Below are positions 36,229 to 48,710 of a DNA stretch of 63,162 nucleotides, piece by piece. Both the position numbers and the translations under genes were made by a program. Position 1 is the first letter of the stretch. The number at the start of each line of letters is the position of its first letter. Origin of the DNA: Negaprion brevirostris (taxonomy: Eukaryota); contig JARDVH010000133.1 of assembly GCA_030324005.1 (NCBI GenBank), forward strand, positions 31,585,164 through 31,648,325. The letters run 5' to 3'. Under the pieces are notes generated by a model. The model saw nothing but the letters and a program-made list of their open reading frames with translations. It had not been told where the DNA came from and ran no database searches.

Positions 36229-36352
36229 TTACCTGTTGAAGGAGCGGCACTCCGAAAGCTCGTGATTCCAAATAAACCGGCTGGACTTTAACCTGGTGTT
36301 GTGAGAATTCTTACTGTGCCCACTCCAGTCCAACTCCGGCATCTCCAACTCA
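36229..36352 (+). mobile_element. Penelope-like terminal repeat with hammerhead-like motif
   Basis: TTAC-CTGTTGA-A-GGAG CGGCA CTCC-GAAA-GCTC-GTGA, then AATAAA and the same tail as 18012-18130. Confidence 0.75.
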
Positions 36353-36840
36353 CTACCTAAAATCTAGGCTGAATGTACGTTGGTATATTTAATTTAGGGT
36401 ACGTACAAGCATTAAATGGAGGATTCATCTGGGATAGATTGGAACTCAGCACTGTGAAGTAATACCATGCACTAAACCCTATGAATGCAGCATCAAGGGG
36501 AGGAAACCCAATTCTGTTGGTGAAAGAATCATGACTGTGGTCGGAATTTTCCAGTTGTTTAGGCTGGGTTTCCCAGTGGCATAGGGTGCAGTCAATGGGA
36601 AATCCCATTAATGAAACCCTTTCTTAATGAACTTACTTACTAATTGGGACTGTCAAAATTCAACTTTTTCCAAACAAAATGGAGCTACAGCAATGATTTG
36701 CGTAATTAAAACAACCTGGTGGCGGGGAGAAGGGAACGAATGCTTTGAACTTTTCCCCCTATGACCACATCAGTGCCAGTCTATATCCAGATGAGACAGC
36801 AGACATCTCCATAACTCCCTATCTTGCAGGAACCACTCAC

Positions 36841-36954
36841 CTCACATTGCAGCACAAATTGCTTTCCTCCCTTAATCCGCAGGAGGATACATTTCTTATC
36901 TTTAATCTGAGTCTCTTCCACCGACACTATCTGCTCCATTGTCAGCAGGCTTTG
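36841..36954 (-). CDS. GRK3: GRK3 exon 20 equivalent (PH domain): [38 protein letters not shown]
   Basis: 114 nt, TAG acceptor, GTGAGT donor, phase 0/0. Confidence 0.97.
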
Positions 36955-39267
36955 CTAGATTAATAAAACAGAAAAGAACTAAGTTCATTCAGAAATGAAT
37001 CTCAAGTGCTTCCTTAATTTNNNNNNNNNNNNNNNNNNNNNNNNNNNNNNNNNNNNNNNNNNNNNNNNNNNNNNNNNNNNNNNNNNNNNNNNNNNNNNNN
37101 NNNNNNNNNNNNNNNNNNNNNNNNNNNNNNNNNNNNNNNNNNNNNNNNNNNNNNNNNNNNNNNNNNNNNNNNNNNNNNNNNNNNNNNNNNNNNNNNNNNN
37201 NNNNNNNNNNNNNNNNNNNNNNNNNNNNNNNNNNNNNNNNNNNNNNNNNNNNNNNNNNNNNNNAACATGTTGGTGCTTTGCAGGTGGTAAGGATTATAAG
37301 ACTCAGTTGCCAGTATTGCTCAGCATTTCTAGCCCACCCATTTCCCAAGACAAAAGATTTATGCTCAGTCATCATGTGCAATGTCAAGCCAAGGTTCAGA
37401 GTCTGTCTGACTAGAAAAGGAAATGAAAAATTTCATCCAGGCTGTTGGAATATCAACAGTTAACTGCTTTTTCTGAGCCTGTGCACGAGTGGGAGGATTA
37501 GATGGAGAGAAAATAGATCAGTCTACAAATATCATTAAGCTTTTCTAAATTGCACTGTACTTACCATGTGTGTTACTTCAACTACATTTACTACCCAGTC
37601 CCCAAAGGAATTGCAAAGCTTGTACATTTGAGCAACTGGCAGTGCCAGTACAAGGATCAAATAATATATACCTACACATCTCCAGACTCTTGGAGAATTA
37701 AATCATGAGACACTATCTAGCAATCTCCCCTTTTTGCTGTGCATTTATTGCTAATCTGAAAAATCTAAAACAGAAAATGGGGCATGACTTACAAGTTTCA
37801 AATAGTGACCATATATGACTGAATCTGATATCAAGTTCAGGAGGAAGGAAGAAAAGAGAGTCACAAACCAAGTTTTTAAATTTACGCAAGGCAAATTTCA
37901 AAGGGATGCAATCAAACACAATGAAATGATAGACTGCTAATGTGGTAACCAATTAACAGTGATATATCTTCAGAGTGGAATGTGGTTCTGATACAACATA
38001 TATATATACCCCTAAAAGGCAAAGGTTCCTCTTCTTAGTTAACTAACCATAGTCAAAAGATGCAGCAAGAGACAGTGTCAAGCTTAAAAAAAACTTACAA
38101 AAATGTAAGAGAAAGTGACTGGGAGGACAATGAAAAAAACAAATAAAGTATTTCTATTGCAAAAATGGAATGCGAGGGGGAGAAAACTTGCAATGATGCT
38201 AAAACTAATAGCAGTTTTTTTTAAGAGAAAGGGGAACTTAGGATCATTAAAGATGGATGAAGGTAAAATCTCAATGGACAATGAAGGAATGTCAGACTTG
38301 TTAAATGAACACTTGATATTCATTTTCACAGCAGTGCAGGAGGACTAAATGCAAGGGATCCCAAAATAATGAGAGGAATTTAGACACTGTGATGTAAATC
38401 AATATGAAGAGAAAAATAATAAGACTTAAGATAGACAAGTTTCTAGGCTTGATGTTTTCATGAGGAAATTACAGCTGGAACTGTCACAATTTTCAAAAGC
38501 TCCCTAGATCCAGGAATTGAGTTTTTGATTGGAAATTGACAGAAGTCACCATTATTTAAAGAAGGAAGGAACTTAAGTTTCTATAATCTATCATCAGAGA
38601 CTGACGACAGATAATTATCAACTGATCAAAGAGAATGAGCACAGCTTTGTGAAGAGTCGGTTATGTCTGACAAATCTGGTGGACTTTATTTTTAGGAGGC
38701 CATTATCATAGCAGATAGGGAAATGTCAATGGATGTTGTTTATATGAATCTGCAGAAGACATTTAGTAAAGGAGTATTCTCTGATCAGCAAGATGTGACA
38801 GGTGTTCCCTAGACTTTTGTATTGCGTTCTCAACTATTCACCACATATATTACAAATAACCTGGAAGAAATAGGGAACTAAATATTCAAGTTTGCAAGTT
38901 ACATTAAATAATGAGGCCCAGTAAACTGTGCAACTGGAAGCAGGAAATGAGAAGGGTTACAGACAAAATAGTGAATGGGCTATACTATAGCAGATGACAT
39001 TGAACATAGAGAACTGTGAAGTAATTCACTTTGAATCTGTGAAATATGAAATTAGAATTATTTTTTAGCGGTGAGAAACTGGGAAATTTGGAGGTGAGTT
39101 TGGATGTTCAAATTACTAAAAGATAAAACACAGGTTAAAAAAATGTATCCAAGAGGGCGAATAGAATGTAGTTATTATCTCATGGAGGTTGAAATAGGGA
39201 AATGAGGATGTGTTGTTTCAGCTGTAGAGCTCAGTCTGACCTCATCTGAAGTACTGTGTTCAGTTTT

Positions 39268-40739
39268 TGTTGTAAATTGGGAGAATAACATTAGGGAGCA
39301 GGAAGGATTTAAAACAACGGAGCTTTATTTTTAGGTGCGTGTTCTCTAATATCACTGCTTCTTCTCCACTTGTTTGTCATGCTAGGGACTTATGATGTCA
39401 CTTAGATGGATTAGCCATTGCAAATGTGTGGGATTAAGCGGATAGGGCGGGGAATGTATCTAGGTAAAGCGCTCTTTTGAAGGATCAATGCAGACTTGAT
39501 GGACCAAATGACCTCCTTTTGCACTATGGTTTAAGCAATTACACAAATACAGTTTTCAGTAAACTAATAAGAATTAATACAAATATCTAACATTTCCTCC
39601 CTCTTAAATTGAAAGCCCAACAAGTTCAAAACAAGTCAGTCTGTCACTATTAATAAGTTAAATGGTCTGGAGGTTGTCGTTCTTGAAACGGTGAAGGGTG
39701 AAGCTCTGACATCATCTTCTTTATACTGGTGGTAACCTCTGGCATTTTCGTCTTTGCATGAACATCACTGGTAGTGGTTTAACCAGCATTGATGTAGGAA
39801 CTAGAGGTCGGCTTGGTATCTGATCAGTAGATGAGGTCTTGCTTTCCGCAGCATGTCAGGGTGGTAAGAAGGTTCAGGTCAGGACTTTATACAGTTGAAT
39901 CTAGATTCTCAGCACATTCTGATTCTGGTGGATTTTTTACTCCCAGCCAAGAACTCCCAACATGTCTCCTGCAAATAATGCCACCTGTGGTCAGAACAGT
40001 ATGAGAGACATGTCCAGTCTGTGCAAGGATTGCGACAGGAATCCATTTCTCTCCTGGTGTAATTCCTATCCAAAACTCCCTGTCTTTGGTGTAAAACTCT
40101 ATGTTTTGCTTTCCATTTGTCCTTGTCGTTTTTGTTGTACAATGTCTTTAGTTTTCGGAGAGTTCATCAGATTAAGTGTCAATTGTGGTTGTTCCTCCAA
40201 CATTAATAATGCAGGAGGTGTCTTGGTTGTGGAATGTGCAGTATTCCTCACATTTTCATTGCAGCATCCCACGACACTGCAAATCCTCACTATTTTCTAT
40301 GAATGGAAGTTTCCTATACACGTTTCCAGCAACTGTTCTTTCACACAAGGCAATAACCCAAGCTTCAGCCTCTTATTTAACGGGCCCAGCACTATGACTG
40401 TTGCAGAGTATCGTTATTCACATCCACTTAGCCTGTCACGTTCAGAGCATGTGCAAAAAGCTTATTTCCTAATTTCCCTGTTCCCGACTTTTCCCTTGGT
40501 ACATTCATCTTCCCAGCTGACTAACAAGTGCCGTTCATTTTCCTCATTGCTAGTTTTTATGTTGTAAATTAGAGAATGACACTAGGGAGCACAGAGGGTT
40601 TAAAACAGCAGAGCTTTATCTACAGGTATGTGTTTTCATTGTTTTTTTCTCTTGCTAGGGACCTGTGACATTACTTTCAGTGGATACGCAACTAGAGCAG
40701 AATTCAATAACTAATTAGAGTTCATACAAATACATAACA
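39268..40739 (-). mobile_element. Internally deleted Gypsy LTR element with both LTRs, PBS, PPT and 5-bp TSD
   Basis: LTRs 39268-39592 and 40560-40739 (TGTTGTAAATT...TAACA); TSD GTTTT at 39263-39267 and 40740-40744; PPT at 39593-39606; decayed PBS TAGCAATGAGG; integrase remnant RNTAHSTTKTPPALLM. Confidence 0.85.
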
Positions 40740-40927
40740 GTTTTGGGCATCAAATATTGGGATTTATGTAGTGGCCTTGGAGGGGCAGGATGTTCGGGAT
40801 CTAAAAACTTTAATTCTGAGAACAGGTTGTATATATTTGGCTTGTATTCCAATGATTCAGAAAGTTGAGCAGTGATCTAATCAAGGTCTTCAAAATATTA
40901 AGAGGATTGAATGGGGCAGACATTTTG

Positions 40928-41316
40928 TTTTCTTTATTCTTTCACGGGATGAAGGTATCACTAGTACGGTCAGCGTTTGTTGCCCATCCCTAATTGATAT
41001 TTGAACTGCTTGGCTATTTCAAAGAACAGTTAAGAGTCAACCACATTTTGGGGGTCTGGAGTCACATGGACTGAATATGGATGGCAGATTTTCTTCCCTA
41101 AAGGACATTAGGTCAATTATCTTCACATTAATGGACCAGATGTGTTTTTAAAAACAATCAATAATAGTTTTCAAGGTCACTATTTCTGAGACTAGCTTTA
41201 TATTTCAGATTTATGAACTGAATTTAGTGATGGAATTTGAACACATATTTTCAGAGCATGAGTCTGGGTCTCTGGATTACTGGTCCAGTGATGTTATCAT
41301 TATGCTTCATCTCTCC
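40928..41316 (-). mobile_element. tRNA-derived SINE sharing its tail with the CR1/L2-group LINE family
   Basis: Shares AAGAGTCAACCACATT and GGATGGCAGATTT..CCCTAAAG with 47826-48174 and 54120-54244; head ..CTGGACCAGTAATCCAGAGACCCAG. Confidence 0.7.
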
Positions 41317-44300
41317 AACATAGCGCTATATATAAAGCCAATCTCCAATATACTTCTGACAGCTTTATCAACTTGTCCAGCCATTAAAAGCTGAAAATTA
41401 GTAAATTCAAAATTAACAATTAGGAGATTAGAGTGAAATGTTAAATTTAAGGTGGTTAGATTATGGAATTAAATACCAGGGAAGGCCATTAAAATGAGTT
41501 CAAGAACCAATTCTAGAAAAAACCTTTCTCGAAAAACTTTCAATTCATTCAATCTCATTCTTTCAGAATACTAATCAAAACAGACACATGTTATTCCCAT
41601 TGGACTGGGTGTAAACTACTCCTGTCATACCACGACAGTGACCAAACGTGTTACAAATTTGGCTACATTACCTTTTGAAATTTAACAATCCAAAGAGCAG
41701 CCAGATCATGGTATCGGTCAGTGTGCAGTGCTGACTTGATGCCAGCAGTGCTCAGTGCATCTGAACCATCTCATTGCAGAAAAGACCCTCAGCCAGCACA
41801 ATTTGAAGGGACACAATCCAACAATCTCCCACTCTGCAATGCATTTGAATTCCTGCTGGTTTTGGTAGAGTAGGATTCTGACTGCAATACAGTAGACTGA
41901 TGGTTATAAGTCAGCTGGCTTTAAAACAGCAGCTAACCTGGTCTGCAATTAGATAGTTGATCTCTGCCTGGGCTACAATTAGCTCCAGTGTTTAACAATT
42001 CTGGGTTAGGGAGGGGATAATTAACCAAAATTCCTGCTCCTGATTGCTGTTCAGTGATCTCTTTTGGAAGAGTACTGGATAAACATGAGGATTTCTGTAT
42101 TGTAGATACTTGCATAATAGTCCATCTTGTGTAAAGTTGACCAAAAAAAACTTACTCTTTACTTACCATTCATTTGCTGCCTCTCTTGCAAGCTAGCTCT
42201 CTCCCTCTCACCGACTCTCTATTTTCCCATCTGCCATTTCCTGCCCGACTCTCCTGGTCATTGCTTTCTTTTGCAAACATTTGTTTGTGTGCACAGTCTC
42301 AGGAGAGAGCCGGCGAGAGAGAGAGTGTGAGCAATGAAGCTGAGGGTAGGAGAGTCGGGCAGGGAGGCAGCGAGGCAGCAAATGGGAAAGTCGAGCAGGA
42401 AAGCGGTGAGTGGGAGATTCAGGCAGGAAGGCACTGAATAGGGAAGAGTCTCAGACAGCGGAACAGACCGCTCCAAAATGATGCCAACGAAGTCATGCAT
42501 TAGCCCCACTGCAATTTTAACCCCTCAAAAATATCACTCAAGTATAAATCAACCTAGCCTAGCTTTGGTCTTGACCTAGCCTAAAGCTTTGGTTTCAAAA
42601 ACTCGACATTTACATGAGTCCATACGGTATTTAATGGTTATTTTTAAGTAGTTATGGTCAAAATGGAAGTTCCTGTTCCTCTGCCATGTTTCAAAATGAA
42701 AGATAGGAGATGGGCTATTTGCAGGGATCAGATAATGTTATTGCTACCTAAATTAATCACAATAAAATGGGCTTTATGAATTGAATGTTCTTCATCATGA
42801 CTATCCCAGAAAGCAGTCAAGATCATTTGGACAGCAGGGACAGGAGAAAACTGGTAGAGATGGTTTGTTAAATAAATGACTTAAAAATGAACCTATGGAT
42901 AACATATTACATTTTTACACGCTGTTATGTCATGTTCTCAATTATTGCCCGTGAAATATTTGGTTGGATCCATTCATCATGTGAATATGATGTCGTGTTG
43001 GAACTCACTAACATCAGGTATTTCAAACTTGCATTCTTATGCAACGGTGGTTTACAGAAGGTAAAGAAACGTAGGAAAAAAAACTCACAAAAATAACCAC
43101 TACAGCAGGGATATCACAATCAAATAGATCAGGGATAGAATCTTTTACACAGAGAGGGTCGCCACCAGGGGAGATTCACACAGGAAAGGTGGTAATGAAT
43201 ATAGATTCTGTGCCCTGTATAAACTATGGCTTTATATCAAGTTATTTAATTGCCTTCGAGCTTTGTCAGTTTTCAGATGATTTTTTGGAAAGATTGCCAG
43301 GTGATAAACTTAGTTTCCTGCTGCAGAAGAAAATATCATCCCTAGATGCTCTCCCTTCCCAATGAAGAGGGCTAAGATGATTTTGAAGAAACTATAAACA
43401 AAATGTAAGACTTAAAGGCATTCCTCAAGTTGAATGATCAAGTTTGCTAAAGTGCTGGCTGAAGGAGAGGAGAATAATGAGAGACAGAGAGACGATGTAG
43501 GATGAAAAAAACTAACTACATGCTAATAAAGCTCATCGTGACGTCCCCACAATACACTCATAAAACTTCAACTATAGCATGGGAGAGCAAGATAGATGCT
43601 ATAGTTTGACAGCATTGTTCTTACCAGCCTACGTCTTTTATAAATAATCCAGGCATCCTAGATGGAAAATAACATGACAAATTCTTTGTTTGATTAGATC
43701 TCACTTTATAGAGCATTGATCGACTGATCAACTCACTGCAATGAAGTCCTGTTAAATTCAAATGTTTAAACTTTCAAATGCAGTCACATGGGCTGAGATT
43801 GCACTTCAGACTGAATCTTCCAATCATGGCTTTTCGTGTGGAAACAAAATACCATTATGTATATATGCATGATCAAACATGTGTGACCTGCAGTATTGGA
43901 AACATTATCTAAGGTGCACTTAACTTAGAGAAAATATGTTTTCCATTATAAAAGGAAATGATTACTTTAAACATTTATTTTAACAAAAGTAAAACAACAA
44001 AAAAACCCCTCACATATATGTATATAGATTGGTATATTCAAATGGATCTCACCGAGGATCACCACTCATCATCTAACTTTGCTGGTCCTCGCCTACATGT
44101 TTAGCAACATAGCAATGATAAAAAGTCTGTTCACCAGAAATAACGTCCCTTACCACTATGAGCACAAAACATTTCCTGGAAAAATGAAAAAAGACACCCA
44201 AAATAAATTACTAACTGGAGTGGATAAACAATAACGTGTTAGTGTGGCATGATCTTTCAATGCAGGCAAAGTAGGTGCATGTTTGTGCACAGTGTACTTT

Positions 44301-45189
44301 AAATCAGTGGCTTATTTTCAACATGTGTCCAGCATACATCTTCCTTTCATCTTACACATCAATCCTTGGATCTGAAGCAGAGCCAATCATCTTGCACAAG
44401 TGCCATTTATTCCACCTGCATGCTGGTTGTGGCTGAGTTAAAGATTATGCTGTACAAATACCATGCAGTTTGCTTGCTGCAATTAATCATTTATTTTGGG
44501 TTTCCTTTCAAATGTTTCCAGGGGATATTTTGCATTAATTATGGAGAAGTATATTATGTTTGTGAGATTTCTTTTGCTTGGCTATTTTGTTAAGCACTAC
44601 ATGTCAGATATGTTAGAGTAGACACAAAGTGAAGATCTTTCTACATCACCCAATCTGGTCAGTCTGAGTCAGGCACAGAATGGTTAGCTACAGATTTAAG
44701 CTCCTTCTACGCAGTGTGATTGAGCAATTCTGAAACAGGTGCAAGACCAGCTAGACACAATGCAAATTTCCTTTTCTACTGGTCCAATGTCAGAAGACTA
44801 CCCTTCCTGCAAATAGTGTGACATTACTACCCAGTTATCCTTGTAAACTCTTATAACAAGTAATGAGTATCTGATTAGGCAATGAGAAGGGACCAGCACA
44901 TTATTAGCAGGACAACAGGATGATGCAAATTCAAAAATATCAAATCAAACAGGGGCAACTATAAACCTGTAATCTTAATTGATTTTTTTTGTGTAGACTC
45001 AATTACCCAGGGAACTTAAAAATTAGATGTATTAAAATAATAATTGACAACAGTTAACATAGATTCAGAATGATTCCTGCGTGAAAATGCATCTCAATCT
45101 CTTTGAAAAAATGGCCAGTGGTGAGCTCCTCAATTCAATACAAATAAATAAAAGACAATTTATGTCAGAAGGAAACAGGCATAACGTGT

Positions 45190-46190
45190 ATGTATGAATG
45201 ATGTTGAAATAGTTGAAAGTGAAAAAGACCTAGGAGTCTCAGAGGATCCAATGTTCAACATACCCAACCAATGCAGGACAATAATTAACATCAGAATGAT
45301 GAACTATACTGTTAACTTTGATTAGTGATAGCACTTGCATTTGAGTCAAAAGGCTGTGGGCTAAAGTTACATTCAAATTATGGATTTGAATATATAACTT
45401 AGGCTGACAACTTCAGTGAAGTGCTGACAGAATAGTTCATTGTTGGTGCTGGTATATCTTTTAGATAATAAACCATGAGCCTGTTCCAGTGAACATAAAA
45501 TATATCCCAACGTTATTTGAAGAATCGTAATAGTGTTCTTGAAGTTCTGACCAATATCCACCCCTCAACAACAATAGTTCTTATTAACTGCTCTTTGTGG
45601 GTCCTTGCAGTGTGCAAACTGGCTGAAATGCTTGCCTCAATATCAGTCACTAAACTCTGAAAACAATTTGTTAGGTATTAAGGGCTCTGAGACATCTTGA
45701 GGGTGAAAAGATTCTATATGAATGCAAGTTCTTTCTTGCTTCATATCTGATGGTGATAAAGTAATAAACACCTTGAGTACTGTGCCTAATTCTGAGCACT
45801 GAGACACAGCAGTGTGAGAGAGTTAAAGACAGTACCAAAGGTGACAAGGATGATCTCCAATCTTAGCGGTACAAGTTATGCCGAAATACTGGAGATACAT
45901 TAGCTGATCAGCGTTAAAAGAAACTGTCGGCGAAATGATTCAATAAAGGTATGTAAGATCACAAATCATATGAAAAAGGTTAGGTTAGAAAATAAAATTG
46001 CAAGAAGAGGACAGGGGGCCAGAAGTTGGAACTAATAAATGGGAAGTTTAGGATTTTTATTAGAAGTTTTCTTCAGGAGAGTGATCAATGCATGAAATTG
46101 ACTTCTGAATAGAAAAGTAGAATGAATTTTATTGAATTGTTTAAAAAGCAACAAGAAAGGAGGAACGGCATTCCTCAACCACAATTATCT
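45190..46190 (+). mobile_element. Old CR1 fragment interrupted by a Deu-domain SINE (~45320-45735)
   Basis: GAAAAAGACCTAGGAGTC..., SINE core AGGCTGACAACTTCAGTGAAGTGCTGA, tail TATATGAATGCAAGTTC. Confidence 0.6.
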
Positions 46191-47353
46191 TGAAACTTTG
46201 TACTTCACAAGATTTCAAGAATGCATCATATATTGTCCTAACTGATTTTGGAGATATACTGCTGCATGAGACACTTCAGAATGACTGATAGTATATTACA
46301 ATCTTTAAAAGACCTAGGAAGGTGGAGATTTGGGCTACTGAAGTTCCTCTCTGCACCCTTCTAAAAGATCTTGTGCAGTTTTCATCATTCCGTGCACAAA
46401 GGAGCTCATCTAGATTTTCTTGTTTTGAAAATATTTGGGGAATCAGGTTGATTTAATCATTTCTTAACCTTTTTTTAAATTGGGATCTATTTAAGCCATT
46501 ACTTGAACAAATTTGAAAGATGTCATGGGAAAGAAACTAAAACTGAGACATCGGAATGAAGAAGTAACTTCTGCCATTGCTTGACATGACAATTTCACTT
46601 CTATGAATTAATTTTCAAAATTTATCCAGAGAGGTTAAAAATCAAGACATTACATACACCATCAGAAAAAAAATGTTTCATGACAAAATTACTGGAATCA
46701 CTAAGGCAACACTGTAGTAATTTAAGAGGAGATTTTCTATTTTGGCGTTAATGATCAGAAAACAACTCCATTCCCTTTTTTCTGATTTTCTGTGCATTAA
46801 CATGAATAGATTAAAATCAAGCAACTTAAACATTTTTTTCTACGCTCCCTGAATACCAGGCTGTGTTGCAGTGGAAAATTTCTGATATAGCTCCTATTTA
46901 AACTTTAGCTTGATATCATGCCTTTAGCATTTTAAGTTCCTAATAACACCATGTGACAGAATAGATGATGAGGAGCTGCAGAATGTGACTGTTAGCCAAA
47001 GCATGCACTGACTATAATTCACTGAGGGATTTATTACTTATGTTTTCAAACAAGTTAATTTATTGGTATGTAGATTTTTTACTGGATATATGTTATTGGT
47101 ATGGTATTTTTTACGTGTGTGTGCCTGGCATATTAGATTTAATAAAATATCATGGGCTAGATAAACAGGAATTCATCCAATTAATTCTACACTAATGTGT
47201 TTTATCTTTAGTGCCTCATACACTCAACACTCAAAGATGCTTTGTGAGAGACATTAACCTTGGCACAATTTTCATTCTCCTGGTGCTATTCTGACAGTGA
47301 TACACCTACTCACAGAACAGGGTCTTCACTTCTGTCAGCCTAACATCGCTTAC

Positions 47354-47490
47354 CCGTGACTCGCCCTCTCCTCTCCACTCCAACCGATTTGGAAAGAGGT
47401 AGAAATAACGACGTTGCCACTGAGTCAGGAAAGGGTTTCCAAGTTTCAGCATATAACCATGCATAATGCAGTCTTTACCAAGGGCATAAT
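47354..47490 (-). CDS. GRK3: GRK3 exon 19 equivalent (PH domain N-half): (D)[45 protein letters not shown]
   Basis: 137 nt, CAG acceptor, GTAAGC donor; MLKLG and GESR distinguish GRK3 from GRK2 (MSKMG, GEAP). Confidence 0.97.
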
Positions 47491-47825
47491 CTGTATGGAA
47501 TATGAAAAGTGACGTTAGTCCAGGTTCTCCTTGGAATGGGGATAAGTAAATTGATTTTGAATTCCTTAAAGTAATTTATCCCTAGTTTTCTTCTTTTTGC
47601 TTGTAAGCATGGTTGCATCCCTGCAGGCAGACAGGCTGCATTCAGGTAGAAAACACCATTCAGGCAAGGCCCCTTTCCATTCTTCCTTTGTGCATGCTAG
47701 ACATTCCATAATCCTTGATGATCCAGACAGGAGCAGAATGCTGGATTGTGCATGCAGCACTTTAGTCCATGGAACTGAACATTAGGGTTTCCATGGAATA
47801 CAAAGGGGTGTGATATACCTTTTAA

Positions 47826-48174
47826 TATTCTTTCATGAGATGTGGACGTCACTGGTTGGGCCTGTTCCTATTTGCCCTTGAACTGAGTGGCTTGCCTAGG
47901 CCAGAGGGCATTTTAAGAGTCAACCACATTGCTGTGGATCTGGACTCATATGTAAGCTAGACCAAGTAAGGATGGCAGATTTCCTTCCCTAAAGAATATT
48001 AGTGAACCAAATGGAGTTTTATGACAATGGTTTGATGGTCATAATTAGACTTTTTTATTACATTCAAATTCTGCTATCTGCCGTGGTGGGATTCAAACTC
48101 AGGTCCACAATGCATGACCTTAGGTTTTTGGATTATTAGCTCAGGAACAATGCCACTACATCACTGACTCCCCA
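47826..48174 (-). mobile_element. tRNA-derived SINE (same family as 40928-41316)
   Basis: Shared blocks; minus-strand head GGGGAGTCAGTGATGTAGTGGC..GAGTTTGAATCCC. Confidence 0.75.
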
Positions 48175-48179
48175 TAACT

Positions 48180-48710
48180 GTAATATTATGGTGTGATTAA
48201 ATTCCACCTTATACACTACATTCAGATATGCATAACGGACCTCTGGAAGGATATAGTGGCCTTGGGAGTGAGACAGCACAGATTCATCAGAAGGGGACAG
48301 CTGTTAGAAAAGGGTTAATAACATGGACAGGTTTCATAAACAAGGCTTGTTTTCTTTTGAGTCTGGAAGACTAATGCATAATCTAATTGAGGCTTGTAAG
48401 ATGATTAAAGATTTGATGCTGTAAATAGAGACAAACTACTTCTTTCAGTGTATGACTTGAAAACAGAGGTGTATAACCTTAAAATTAAGGCCAGGCCATT
48501 CAAAGATGATGTCAGAAAACACTGAAATTCTCTACTCTGAGGTTTGGGCATGGTCAATTGAAAATTTTGAAATTGAAATTGACAGGTTTTGTTGGACAAA
48601 GGCTTTAAAGGTTATGGAATCACAATGGGTTGATGGGAGTTGAAATTCAGATCAGCCACAATCTAACTGAATGATAAAACAGGCTAGTGAGGCTGAATGG
48701 CCAACCAATA
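48180..48710 (+). mobile_element. CR1 3' fragment
   Basis: Ends GATCAGCCACAATCTAACTGAATG..GGCTGAATGGCC, the CR1 tail also seen at 1-60 and 60648-60742. Confidence 0.7.

Larger units (their letters stand above)
37750..41520 (+). mobile_element. Old CR1 LINE, fragmented by a Gypsy insertion (39268-40739) and a SINE (40928-41316)
   Basis: Decayed CR1 motifs (CACAGCTTTGTGAAG..TGTCTGACAAATCTG, CCTCATCTGAAGTACTGTGTTCAGTTTT|GGGC) continue across the insertions. Confidence 0.7.

Noticed and set aside
39962-40567. 201-aa plus-strand ORF
   Set aside because: Antisense to the Gypsy remnant, with no recognisable domain
47306-47353. Exon 19 read-through ([15 protein letters not shown]) or alternative donor GTGAGT 40 nt downstream
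   Set aside because: The canonical donor is strong; the alternative has poor exonic context and frameshifts; no other support
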